Origin: the human T2T-CHM13v2.0 reference genome, Homo sapiens | NCBI RefSeq assembly: GCF_009914755.1 | Contig: NC_060926.1 | DNA: 64,000 nt | Direction: 5' to 3' (one strand) | Shown: in pieces, positions 45,010 through 64,000 of the stretch | Layout: the number at the start of each line of letters is the position of its first letter | Position numbering within the stretch: position 1 is the stretch's first letter | Translations under genes and position numbers: made by a program | The notes under the pieces: model-generated | Databases searched by the model: none | Told to the model about the DNA's origin: nothing | What the model saw: only the letters and a program-made list of their open reading frames with translations

Positions 45010-45980
45010 AACACAGATAAATATTTTTACAACCATGGAACAGAGAAGCCCTTTCTAAATGTGACTCCAAAAAAAGCTGGAACCACAGTAGTCAGACGAC
45101 ATCAGAATTTTTAAATTCTTCATGGCAGAGACCACATAAAGCTAAAGACAAATGGTAAACTGGTAAAAATCATTATAACTTGAATGTCAATATATTATTG
45201 TCCTTACTAGATTGAAAGTACTTAAAACTAAATATCAGAAAATTTAATACTCCCAAAGAAGGGGAAAAAGGTCAAGCAAATTCACAAAACAAGAAACACA
45301 AATAATCAATAAATATTGGAAATCTTCTTTAGTAAATAGAGACATAAACCTTAGAACAATAATGACATGCTATTGTTTACTCCTGATAGTGGCAGAGATT
45401 TAAAAGAATGGTAATTCACAGAATCAAGGAGAGTATGGAGAAGCAAGTATTCTATTCTCTGCTAGTCGGTGGGAATGTGCATTGGTATAACCCTTTCTAG
45501 AAAACAGAGAGTAAAGGCTTTAAAAATACACATATTCTTCAACTCAGCAAGTCTGCTGCTAGGAATTTGTTGTAAGGAAGCACCCTCAGTTCTGCAGAAA
45601 AATTTAACTATCAGGATGTTCATTATACTATATTCTATTATGATTTAAAATCAGAGACAACCTCAGGAGACTATATTCATACAATGGAATACAGTGAAGT
45701 TATTAAGAAGAATTTTGTTAAATTTATATTTTACTGACATGAAAATGCCTTCAAGATGTTGAGTAGAAAAGTGCAGCTTACAAAACAGCACTTTCAATGG
45801 GACTGTATTTCGTTTTAAAATACCATATATATGCATAGAAATGTCCGTAAAATGTTAACAATGGATTTCTCTAAGCGATGAGATTACATGTAACTTTTAC
45901 TTTTTATATCTTTATATTTTATATGACCTTTTTAGAATGAGTGTGCATTACTGTTTATACTAAGAAAAAATTAAGCTGTT
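45010..45980 (+). mobile_element. Old L1M(E-like) 3' fragment
   Basis: gctagtcggtgggaatgtgcattggtataaccctttctag..., tattcatacaatggaatac. Confidence 0.6.
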
Positions 45981-46849
45981 TTCTTACTGAGATGGGTAAA
46001 AAGTGAGTCATCCCAGTCGCCTTAGGCCAGAAGGAACTGGAAGAGGATCCCATCTATTTCGCTTCCTGGGAGCAGGTCTGTTTGATCTGCATCACTGGAG
46101 CCCTCCAGAGCAGGGCTAATCCCTAAGGGAGGCGACATCCTCCATCAGGGTCTTTCTATCCCTGGTTTAGACACAGTCACCATCCACATAAGCCCTCTGC
46201 TCAATGTTTTCTCTTTTCCCAGGGAAACAAAGCCCTTTGCTGCTCTGATTCATCGCCTGGTTGGAGGCCGAGTCACCACAGCTCAGACGCAGGTGTCTGG
46301 GGGTGACACAGCGCGACACTGCGCCTCCGGAATAAGGGCAGTCCTTCCGCCTTCGAGGCTGTGAAATGTCAGGCATGATTAGAAAGGTCACTTGTCCTGA
46401 TAGCTCTCTGTGCTTCCCGGAGAGCAGCCTTCCTGCTGAGAACATTCTTAATTGTGCTTCCTGCTGTGGGGTCCCTGCCTGCTCACGCCCCTTTCTAAAA
46501 CGGAGGCCCTATCTTCCTCCTAGTCCCTCTTGAACATGTGGGAAAATTGCTGAGGACTGCAAAATCTTGCAAAAACAGGGCAGCTCTCTGATTCAAGGAA
46601 AGAGATGAAAGGCAAATTTCTAGAACGGGGTATTGCATAGTGGAAGAAGGAAATTTCATTCTTGAAGAAATGAAATAGGTCCACAGTCCTGGGAAATGGG
46701 GGGCGGGAGAGGGGTGCGGGGACAGGGTCAGAAGAACTGAGGCACAAAAAAATAGATACACCCCCAAATCCCAAAATTATACCAGTAGAGCCAGGAACTA
46801 AGAGTAGTGTCAAGGTACTAAGTAAAAACTGAACACTGAGACAGAAGTT

Positions 46850-46995
46850 CCTAAATTGCTATGTACTTCTTGCCCCACCCCCAGAACTTCTGATTCTGCA
46901 GGTCCAAGGTGTTGTCCAGAAATCTGCATTTTGAAAAAGGTACCCCAGGTCATTGAGAAGCAGGTGATCTGTGCACTTTACTTTGAGAATCCTGG
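46850..46995. mobile_element. MER5-like hAT DNA transposon
   Basis: cccagaacttctgattctgcaggtcc...aatctgcattttgaaaaagg...ctttgagaatcctg. Confidence 0.6.
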
Positions 46996-47557
46996 CATAA
47001 GGGATGAGGAGAGACTAGTCACTGGGCACATCAGAGGACTCCAAGGGGGAATTCCTTACATTTTGCTCAACAGGAGTGGCTACGGACGTCTGAGTAATCT
47101 AAGCATGACCAGCATGGGATGAGGTGGGAGAGGGGGACTGCCTGCAAGGGAGGGAAAGGATGAGCACTCTCCAACCTTCTCCAACCTTCTAACCTCTTCA
47201 GCCCAAGCTGGTCTGGAAGGGGCTTCTGAACCTGTCAAGTCCAAGCCTGATATGAGTGCCCCCACCCCCCAAAGCCATACTCTTTCATTGGCGTCTTTAT
47301 AGAGGACCTGCTCTCCAGTGATACATTGCTGGACAATTATCTTATGGCAGAGCCATTGGTTGGTAGTGTTATTTTCTTATCTCATAGAAGTTTCTGGGGT
47401 AATGGGAATATTTTTATGTGTATTTAGCTTTTATCATATCTTGTCAGGGAAATGCAGCAGGAAGGTTGGGCTCTAAAACATTAAATCCAACTAAACCCCC
47501 TCTCCTCCCATGAGGAGCCAATTTGGGTGCCCACATGCAACATCAGCTTCCTAATCC

Positions 47558-47856
47558 TTTTTTGTTTTTTTTAGAAACAGGGTCTCACTCTGTCGCCCAG
47601 GCTGGAGTGCAGTGGTGTGATCTTGGCTCACTGCAACCTTCCACCTCCTGGGTTCAAGTGATCTCATGTCTCAGCCTCTCAAGTAGCTGAGATTACAGGT
47701 ACAAGCCACAACGCCTGGCTAATTTTTGTATTTTTAGTAGAGATGGGGTTTCGCCATGTTGGCCACACTGGTCTCGAACTCCTGACCTCAAGTGATCCAC
47801 CCCCCTTGGCCTCCCAAAGTGCTGGGATTACAGGCATGAGCCACCATGCCCAGCCC
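47558..47856 (-). mobile_element. AluS-like SINE
   Basis: Reverse dimer; TSD cctaatcctttt. Confidence 0.9.
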
Positions 47857-48489
47857 CTAATCCTTTTAAAGCAAGCTTTTTTTACACCTCTCTATAAGCG
47901 GGTAAAGTAGAGAAAGCATATGACCGGGTCGTGTGGTGATGGCGTGAAGGATATGAATGGAAGAGTAAACAGTGGACACATTGACTATCAGAGAATTCTG
48001 CAATTCCAGGACAGTTTGTGCTGATGGAGGACAATAGAAAGATCTCAGCCATTGTGCCAGCTGTCTGACACTGAGAAGGTAAAGGGAGTAGGTGTGAAGA
48101 TTACTAGGAAAACAAGAGTTCTTCCAAGCAAATGCAACCAGCGCTTCCGAGGCTGATCTTAGATACAAGCTGTGGAAATGAAAGCATGTTGCTCATTGCA
48201 GAATCTTTCCTTCTTACAGCAGGAAGCTCGATTCAAGTCACCAGCAGAAAACAGAGTTGCCTTCATGTCTTTACTCTCAAGGTTCTGCAGGTTAGTGCCT
48301 CGATCTAAGTTTTCCTTACCTTGGCACAGGTCATCCTTAAATGAATGTTACAGCAAGGGAAGCAGGCAGTTCCTCACCACCTCTGTTGAGCAAAATGTAA
48401 GGGAAAGGGAGCCGAAGCAGAAAGCATCCTTAAGCGGGCAAACGAACGCCCCTCCCAGGCCAGCCAACTGCTGTAGGGGACGGGGATGT

Positions 48490-48900
48490 AGCAGTGAACA
48501 AATCAAACAAAGCCCTTGCTCTCAGGGGACTCATTCCAGCAGGACAAGATAGACTTTAATAAACAGGTAATTTCAAAATATATATGGGAGGGGGTCATAA
48601 GTGCTATGAAGATAATTAAATCTCAATAAAGGGATGGAGAGCAATGGAAAGTACCAGAGGGGTTCAGGGAAAGCCTTAGGTGATGAAATTTGAGCAGAGA
48701 CTGGAAGGAAGTGAGGGAGTGAACTGTGTGAATATCAGAGGGAAGACCAGACAGGGAGGAGGGCAAGTTCACAGGCCCTGAGGTAGGAGCAGGCTGATGT
48801 GAGAAAAGAGGCTGCCGTGAATGAGAATGGCAGGAAATGAAATCAGAGAGGTGCCAGGGGCTCCACTGCCCAGGGCCTTGCTGTCATGATGGGACTTTGG
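48490..48900 (-). mobile_element. L2 fragment
   Basis: gcagtgaacaaatcaaacaaagcccttgctctcagggg..., tttgagcagagactggaagg. Confidence 0.65.
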
Positions 48901-49154
48901 GTTAACACACAGAAAGCGCTTACAGCTAAAGAGATTTTCCTCACCCCCAAACTTTAATGATGTGACTAGGAAAAAATCATCAAAGCTACTTCTTTAGGGG
49001 ATTTTAAAGACACAGATTTCAGAAAAGGGACACACAAAAATGAAAGCAGTCTATGTAGGGGAGGTAGGATTATGGATTTTCTTTTCTTTTTTCAAAAAAG
49101 AAAAGAATTTGTGATTGCTGAAATAATTCTGGAATATGAAATATATTTACCTTA

Positions 49155-49562
<408 letters not shown>

Positions 49563-50735
49563 TCATAAATGCTCGTGGAATCAATGAAATGAACCTCTTG
49601 AGACAGGTTACATGTCCTGTCTAGAGCAAGAGAATAAGAAACTATCCAGGCCCTACCTGAAGCAAGTCAATATAATCCTAATTTCTTTACCTCATTCTTA
49701 GAGTTTTGCAATTTTCAAATTATTCATGCCCTATAGAGAGTTTGATAATTAAAGAAATACTATGATTTTGAGCACAGAAGCTATAGAAACTTTTATTGGT
49801 CTCTTGGGAAACATAATAAGCCTCTTCTTTGACTTCAGGCTCTGGATTTTCTGCTGAAACTGGTAATGGGAGAAACAGGATTGAATAAGGAAATCTACAC
49901 TAGATGCTGGGATTTACATCCCCAGCCCGTCACTCAAACTGCCTCCTTCCACAAGGACTGAGATGCCAAACTTCCCAGGCTCACTACTCTCAGGATGATA
50001 GAACTAATACCCCCAACTGCTTGGCCTGCCCTCACAAACAGCACTTGCCATTGTCATCTAGAAAGCCACATTCCTCACCAGAGCCTTCACTTGCTGCCTG
50101 GCTGGTCCTTGACATGCTCCTCCAATCTGGATGTTTCTGTGAGTTTAGAAGCTGAATCATTAGTCAATGCCTTGGTTGAGTGTTTCTTCCTCTCCCCAGT
50201 GTGATGGGTGGTGTTAAAGGGAAAGTAAAAAATCTGCCACAGAACTAAGATTACTGTAAGACACAAAGATATATTTAGGGAACATAAGGGACTCATTATT
50301 AAACAAACCCGTAAACTATATCAGCTGTTAAGGTATTACTCCTTCCATATTTTCTGAGAAGCAAATAAGAAAGAAGGATGCCATGTATTAACTCTTTTTG
50401 ACCCAGTTCCTATGGGTGCTTTATTCCCTGCCTCTCTTATGAGGATCCAGTTTAGTGAATAATAAACACTTCCAGTGATTGAGTCCTTACTAAAGGCCAG
50501 GTTCTCTAATAAGCATTTCACATTGCTTAACTCATTCAATCCTTTGGGGAAGATATTATTATCCCCATTTACAGATTGAAGCAACTGAGGCTTTGAGGCA
50601 TGAAATCATTTACTTAAAATCACACAGCCAGCAAATGGGCAACCCAGGTTTAAAACCAATGTCTACCCAATTCCAAGGCCCATGTTTTAAGCCACTACCC
50701 TATTATGCAGCCTCTCATAGCAGATAAGGTTGTAG

Positions 50736-51095
<360 letters not shown>

Positions 51096-52657
51096 GCCTC
51101 TTTTTCTTTAAGTAAGATTTTGCAAAATTTCTCTGAAGTTGAGTAAGAGTGAAGAATAATGATGTTGGAATGCCAGAGCTATAATACACAGTTCAAAACT
51201 AGAACTTTGGAGCGAGACAAGAAGTTCTTTTAGCCCAGAAAATAGGCTTCCTACTGTCTGTAGGAAACTCTTAACTCTTCAGTCAAGACTCCAGGGCTTC
51301 TCACAATCTGGACTAATTACCTCCCATCCATTCATTCAGTCAAACAAATATTAAATTAGATACCGACTATGTGCCAGGCAATAGGAATGCAATGGTAAAT
51401 ACAAATAGAATGGCCCCCACTCTCATGAAGCTCATCATTTTGAGGTGTATGGATATATATACAATTAACATATGTATATCCATAATATCTAAAATAACAT
51501 GAAATTGCAATGGTGGTTAAGTTCAATGCAAGACAGAAATGTGGTGCTGTAAGAGGGGATTGGTCGGTCCTTGAAGGAATGATGCTTGAGCCAAGATATG
51601 AATGATGGCTAGGAACTGAGTTGGCAAAGAGGGGAGGGAAAATGCTAATGGAATAATCCACCCATTCTGTCCTTTCTCCCTCTCAGCTTGCCATAGCGGA
51701 AACCTGAATCTTGTTAAATGGAGATGGGCAATACAGGCAATGGATCCTTCAGGTCTCCTTCTTCCAAGCAAATGTAGCCCTGGGAACACTTTCATTGAAA
51801 AGAAAGAAGAGACAAAGTGACTGGTGACTGGTGATACAAAATCAGAATAGGGATATTGGTATTTTATCTTCCAATATGTCTTCTGGACTTCTTGGTGATA
51901 CTACTAATCAGGCGGGAGTGCTGTTGTCCCATATACTGCATTTGTATGACTCAGAAAAAGAAGCCCATTCCTCCAGGAAGAATCAGCCTTGGGCATCTTG
52001 CTTGAGGAGGAGAGCATGGGCTCAATTTCTATTGCAGTGACTAGCTTCTCCAACCCAAACCAGCTACTCTTCTCCAATGAACAACCTGAACATCCACACA
52101 TGGTGGACCTGTGAATAGACCTTTGTTTTACAAGTTGCTGTGACTGAAATGGCTGTGAAATGAGGACTAAACTGACCGCAAGCATTGTGCACAATGAGGT
52201 ATACTTAAGGGGATGTGTGTGTGTGTGTGTCCTGGTAAATAACTGAATTGCCAAAGATGTCTACAGAAGTCCAAGGTGGGTAACAAGAATGAGAACCAAC
52301 AAAGGCAGCATCTCCTAAAATGTGTTTAGCAGGACCAACTTACCAGGAGATAATGAAAAAGCAAGAGGTGGACCTCAAGTCATTAGGAGAGAAGAAAATT
52401 AAAACCAGACGATTGGCCCACTGGTGATAAGTTGCCTGGAATAATCAGAGAATTTGAAGGCTGGCTTGGTTATCCCTGGAATCTGGCCCAATTCTGGTTT
52501 ATAGCAAATGTTGTTAACTAGGGGGTCCATCAGTGACCTTCAGGGGACCTGTGAACCTCCTGAAATTACAGTATTATTTTGCATGTATGTGTGCATACAC
52601 ACTTTTGCTGTGGAGGGTCTTAGCAGTCATCAGATTATCGGATTAAGAACTGGTCTC

Positions 52658-52990
<333 letters not shown>

Positions 52991-53448
52991 TCAGAGTGCA
53001 TTTTGTTGAACATGGAAACATTATACCATAAGATGTCCTGTTAGAAAACAAAGCTATTTACTATTAAGGCCAAGAAAGTTGTAATTTTTCTTGGAAAGAA
53101 GCTACTAATGCCTCAGAAGAACCTTTTTCCTCTTGTATGGAGTTTGATCACCTTGCCCATAAGAATCCAATGGTAATTCTCTGAGAGGCTTGGGTTTTCT
53201 GAATGAGTGTACCTAATATTGAATAAGCAAAGTGTGTTCCTCATTAGATGTTCAAACTGATACCCTAGTAAGTTATATTTACATTCTCTCAACCTCCTTA
53301 AGCTTATAGTAATTAATTTTCTCCTTTTTTGCAATCATCCAAATGAGTGGGTAAGAATCTGGGCCCTGGAGTCCTTCAATCTGAAATGCAAGATATGGCT
53401 CTTCCAGATACCAGTTGGAGAGGTTTGTATGTAATTTTATCACCCTGA

Positions 53449-57112
<3,664 letters not shown>

Positions 57113-58234
57113 AATAATAGTATCTACCGTATAAGTTACTGTGAGGATAAAATAATCCAATTAATCCATGTTAGTCACAGTGTTTGGCATATACTAAGTG
57201 ACTGATACAGGTTAGAATGAGACTTTACTCCCTGCCTCCCTTTTTAAATTTTGTTTTTACTTTGTATTTTTTTTTTAAATTGAGATATAATTTACACACA
57301 GTGAAATTCACAGATTTTAACTGGACAGTTCAATACATTTTGACAAATCCATGCCTCTTTTTGATAAAAGCCCCATGCCCTTTCTATTCCCTATATTCTA
57401 AAGTTTTTTGTTTTCCAAATGCTGAATTATATTACAATATATAATCTATCCATGAAAAATCTTCACCCCCCCACCACCAGCATACAGATTCTATTTTTTT
57501 CCCCTCATCTTAAGGTCTGCTTCTATAGGTTTTAAAATAGCTCCTCCCCACCCCCAGCCAATTTAAAACCTAGAAGGACCTTGGTACAGTCATTTTGCCA
57601 CTTTCCTGCATCCTGGAAAGTCTATAGATAAAAACCAGTTGGTTTTATTTTTAGATCTCCAGGGAAAGCTTTTCTGCAACCTCTCTCAGTCACCTGTTTC
57701 AGCGCTTAGCAACACTTAACATTAGAAAGCTCTGTCTCTGTGTGTCCCTAGCTTTTAAATGGGTAATAACCACTAATGTTGATATAATGCTTTAGCAAGA
57801 GCCATGAAATGAGATAAGAAAGGAGGCAGAGTGGAGTAAACCTGGCCACATAAATGAGTGCATGTTTGTCCTTGTTGAGAATGGCAGGATTTGACCCAAC
57901 TGAGATTGTGCCCAGGCAGAGGGTAAGCACTATTCAGCTCTACCTCATTGTTCTACAGGTGTGAAACCAGATCTACAGGTTTTCTACAGTCACCAGATCT
58001 TCAGATTTTCCTTCCAGGGAAAAAGGCAGAAATTTGTATTTTTATGTGAAATATTTTTTTTTAATATTAGCTTGCAAAAAAAAAAAAAGAAAAGAAAAAG
58101 AAAGAGAAAAGAAAGAAAGCTCTCTGTAGGTCAAGAAAACATGTCTGCTGCCTGCACATAGCCCATAGATCAGCTTATAATCCCTGTTGTAGTTCATACA
58201 GTGCTTTTACATCTACTACCTCATTTAATCTTGA

Positions 58235-58530
<296 letters not shown>

Positions 58531-58845
58531 ACAATCCTGAGGCTTGTTAAGAGAAGAAACTGAGGCTTAGAAATATGAAATAAGTTGTTCAAACCACACA
58601 TCTGGCAGAACCTAGGACTTATGGTTCTATTTCACTGTGACTCCTGCTACATCCCAGCTTTGCCCTCCAGGGGCCGTTAGAGCCCTTGTTCACTTCTTAG
58701 TGAGTGGAGACATCACCCAGAGTTTACTAGTTGTTTGTGGAAAATGCAGGAAAAAATGAAGGGCAACTCAAAGAGTAAATCTGGTATAAATGCAATAGAA
58801 TATTGGTTGCAAAGAGCAATAACAATGACATCTTATGGGGGATTA

Positions 58846-59193
<348 letters not shown>

Positions 59194-59216
59194 CTATGAT
59201 AAAAATAAAAACACCC

Positions 59217-59572
<356 letters not shown>

Positions 59573-59921
59573 TTATTTCAGAAATGGGAAAAATATCAAC
59601 TTATATTGGACCATAGTAAGAAAGAGTGGCCACTATAAGAAGAATAGAAGAACATATAACTGAGAAGCTAATACAGGGAAAAATACTGGATTAATATAAA
59701 AGAAGGCAAGAAAGGAGAGAAAATGACATAAAACAGGTAGGACAAATAAAAAATCAGAAAACAAATAGAAAGATAGTAAATATAAACCTAACTATATCAG
59801 TAATTACATTAAATGTAAACGGACTACTTCAATGAAAATACGAATACGGTCATGCTAGATAAAATATAAAAACCCAACTGTATGTCCCTTAAGTATAAGG
59901 ACACAAAAGGTAGAAAGAAAA

Positions 59922-60225
59922 GGGCTGGGTCGAGTGGCTCACACCTGTAATCTCAGCACTTTGGGAAGCCAAGGTGGGAGGATCGCTTGGGGCCGGAGTT
60001 TGAGACCAGCCTGGGTAGCATTGTGACACCCCTGTTTCTACAAAAATAAAACATTAGCTGGTGTGGTGATGCACACCTGTCGTCCTAGCTACTTGGGAGG
60101 CTGAGGCAAGAGGATTCCTTGCCTCAAATTCCTGCAGCCCAGGATTTTGAGGCTGCAGTGAGCTCTGATCACTGTACTCTAGCCTGGGCAACAGAATGAG
60201 AATCTGCCTCATTAAAAAAAAAAAA
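59922..60225 (+). mobile_element. AluJ-like SINE
   Basis: Diverged forward dimer with an A-tail. Confidence 0.85.
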
Positions 60226-62195
60226 TGCCTAGTATACACCAATCAAAAGAAAACTGTGTAGCTATACTGATACCAGGCAAAGTAGATTTATAGCATGAAG
60301 CACTACCAGAGAGATTAATGCTGTAATGAATGAATATGGTCATCCATTTTATAATGATAGTGTGATAGTGTGGTCAATTTTTTCATTGATAATGATTTTA
60401 TAATGACAGTATGGTCAATGTGTCAGGAAAATATAACAATTATTGGCTTATATATAACTTTCATATCACTAAAAGTATATAAAACAAAGATGAACAGAAC
60501 TAAAGGAGAAACAGATAAAGCCACAGTCACAGAGGGAAACTTTACCACATCTCTCTTGATAACTGACAGAATGATCAGACAAAAAAATTAACGAGGATAT
60601 GAAAGATCTGAAAAACAAAATTGACACAAACTTGACCTACAGATGCATACAAAACACTGTTCACAATGATGACAAAAGTATTAATACATTCTTTCCAAGT
60701 CTACGTGAAATGTTTCTAAAATTTGAACATATATTGTGGCAAAAACCAAGTTCTAAGAAAATCCCAAGAACTGAAATCAGTCAGAATTTTCTGAGTATGT
60801 TAACTTAAACTAGAAATCAATAACAAAAAAACCCTAAAATATCACCGAATATTAATAAAATTCTAAGTAATCCATGGGTTAAAGAAGAAATCACAGTGGA
60901 AAAATTTCATCCTTAATAATAAAATATGACAAATCAAAAATGTGTGATGCAATTAAAGCTTTACTTATAGCTTTATACATTTATATTAGGAAAGAACAAG
61001 GCTGAAATTCAAGAATCTAAGTATTCATTGAATAATGTTTTAAAAGAACGGCAAATTAAACTCAAAGTGAGAAGAAGGAAGGGAATCATAAAAATAAGAT
61101 CAGAAATTAATGAATTAGAAAACAAAACAAAACAACAAAAAAAGAAAGTAATGAAATAGAAAACAAATGCACCTTAGAGAAAGTCAACAACGCCAAATTT
61201 TGGTCTTTGAAAAGACTAATAAAAATGAATTGATCTCTAACAAGACTCGTCAAGACAAAAAGAGGAAAAGCACAAATTACCTATATCAGAAATTAAATTC
61301 ACCGCAAACCTTTCAGACACTAAGAAGTTAATAGACTATTACATATCCTTATGCCAAACATTTTAGAAAATTTAGGTAAATGGAAAACTTTCTAGAAAAG
61401 CACAATTTAAAAAAAACAATTAAAAAATAAAAATCTGAATAGCTGTATATCTACTAAATCAATTAAATATATAATTAAAAATCTTCACACAAAGAAAACT
61501 CTAGGCACAAATGGCTTCACTGATGAATTATCCCAAATATTTCAGAAATAAATAATATCAATACTGTGCAAACTCAAAAAATAGAGAATATTACATTCTA
61601 TGAAGCCAATATAATTTGGATATCAAAATCTGACATACACATGAAAAGGAGAGAAGATTTTGGCCAATCTCTTCCAAGAATGTAGCACAAAACTTACAAA
61701 CAAAATATCAGCAAATTGAATCCAATGATACATAAAATAGACAATAGATCAGGACTAAGCGGATTTGTTCAAAAACACAAGAATTATCTAACAAATGAAA
61801 ACCGATCAACGTAGTTCATGCCCTAAACAAAATAACTGAGAAAAATCAATATGGTCATCTAAATAAATGAGAAAAAGGTTTAATATTTTAACACCCATGA
61901 ATGAAAAAGTTATTAGTGAACTCAGACTAAAAGAGAATTTCTAGATCTTTTAGAGTATCCACAAAACTCTTAAGGTAAAAATAATACTTGAGAAATAGTG
62001 AAAATTTTCCCATGAAATCAGAAATGAAAAGATGCTCAGCACACATCACGATTTCTATTCGTATTATACTAGGAGTCTTAAGCCACTTCAATAAAACAAT
62101 AAAAACAAATATGTAACTTGTTATAAGAATTGGAAAGAAAAGAATAAAATTTGCATTATTTGTAGTCAGTACATTATATACATAGAAAAAAATAA

Positions 62196-62550
<355 letters not shown>

Positions 62551-64000
62551 CTAAAAACCCGAAACCCCCCAAATTTGGCAAGATTTATTGATTTTAAGGC
62601 CAATATAAAAATCACTGCTCTGTATACGTGCCAGTGCAAAAAAAAAGGTCAATTTATATTATCAGTGCAAACAGAAAGGAAAAAAATTTTAATTAATTTC
62701 ATTTACAATAGCATCAAAAGTTTAAAATACTTAAAACTAGGTGTTATAAAAGATGTGCAAGACCTTTATACTGAAAACTATAAAACTTTGCTGAGAGAAA
62801 TTTAATAAAATATAAAGACGGTCGTCTCCCCAAATGCATCTATGGATTAACAAAGCTGTCTGAACTACCAGATATTAAGACTAATGATATAGCCATAGTA
62901 ATTAATTCAGTGTGGTATTGAATTAAATTGAAGGAGATTAGTGGAATAGAGAAGGGTACAGACATAGATCCACATACACGGATACACAATTACTTGATTT
63001 ATGACAAGTGTGAAATGGTAGGGTGGTGAGGGAAAGTTAGTCTTCTTAATAAATAGTTGCTGTGTAAATTGCATATCCATACCAAAAAAAGTGCATCTTG
63101 AACCCACCCAATCCCATACACAAAAACCAGTTCTAGATGGATTAAATGTGAAAGGAAAATCCATAACTCTTCTAGAAGAAAACAAAGAAGAATGTTTTCA
63201 TGATCTTTGGGACAGGCAAAATTTTCTTACATACACACAAATACCATTAATTATATAAAGGGAAAAATTGATAAAATTAAGAACATTAGCTCAGCCAAAG
63301 ATTTAATTTAGAGAGTAAAGGGGCAAGCCCCAGAATAGAAGAAGATATTTGCAAAACGCATATATGCCAAAGAACTGAAATTCAAAACATATAAAGAACT
63401 CTTAAAAACCAAAAAGAGACAGCTAACCCTGTAGAAAAATGAGTAAAAGGCTTGAACAGGTACTTCACAAAAGAAGATGGCCAAAGGGCGAATAAATTTA
63501 TGAAAAAGTGTTCAGTTTCAGTGCTCGTAAAAAATGAATTTAAAACCAAAATGAGATGTCATATGACCGCACTGGATTGACTCACATTAAAATGATGGAA
63601 AATACCATTGTTGCAGAAGCTGTGGAGACTCTTCATTGCTAGTGGGAATGGAAATTGCACAACATATATGGAAATCTATGTGGTAGGTGCCACGAAAATC
63701 ACACATGCATGCCCCACGTCCCAGCAGCTGCAGTATAGGAATCATAAAATCAGCTCCTCACTTGCTCCAGGTTTACTCATGTCTCCCTGCACTAAAATAA
63801 TCTCTTTTGAGCCCATTTTCTCTTAAAATCTTCCAAGTTTCTTCTCACCTTTTCTCCCTCAGGAGCGTGACGAGGGCTTCTATCCTCCTATATTTAGCAG
63901 CTCCTGGAAAGAGACCCGTCCCTAGGACACATCTCAACACCCTTAGGAACTGACCACAGCCTGGAGCCACCGTGGCGTAGAATGTGGGGGAAACTTTTGT

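Overview
Primate (human or great-ape-like) genomic DNA lying entirely inside the MARCHF4 (MARCH4/RNF174) gene, which is transcribed on the minus strand. Only two coding exons are visible. One is a 156-nt exon (14112-14267) encoding most of the RING-CH domain. The other is a 193-nt exon (8211-8403) encoding the transmembrane region. Both have canonical AG/GT boundaries; the first and last exons lie outside the window. The rest is intronic: about 30 Alus, many MIR/L2/L3 relics, several LTR and DNA-transposon fossils, a 3.6-kb 5'-truncated L1PA2/PA3-like element with TSDs, and older L1M fragments. Nearly all ORFs in the supplied track are Alu/L1-derived or chance. I found no evidence for a new multi-gene biological system. 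The most notable signals are fossil DNA-repair and retrotransposition events. A 58-bp inverted templated insertion inside one Alu was copied from a neighbouring Alu plus its unique flank about 1.6 kb away, and a very small L1 carries a ~17-bp twin-priming inversion. Repeat boundaries and subfamily calls were made by eye and are approximate.
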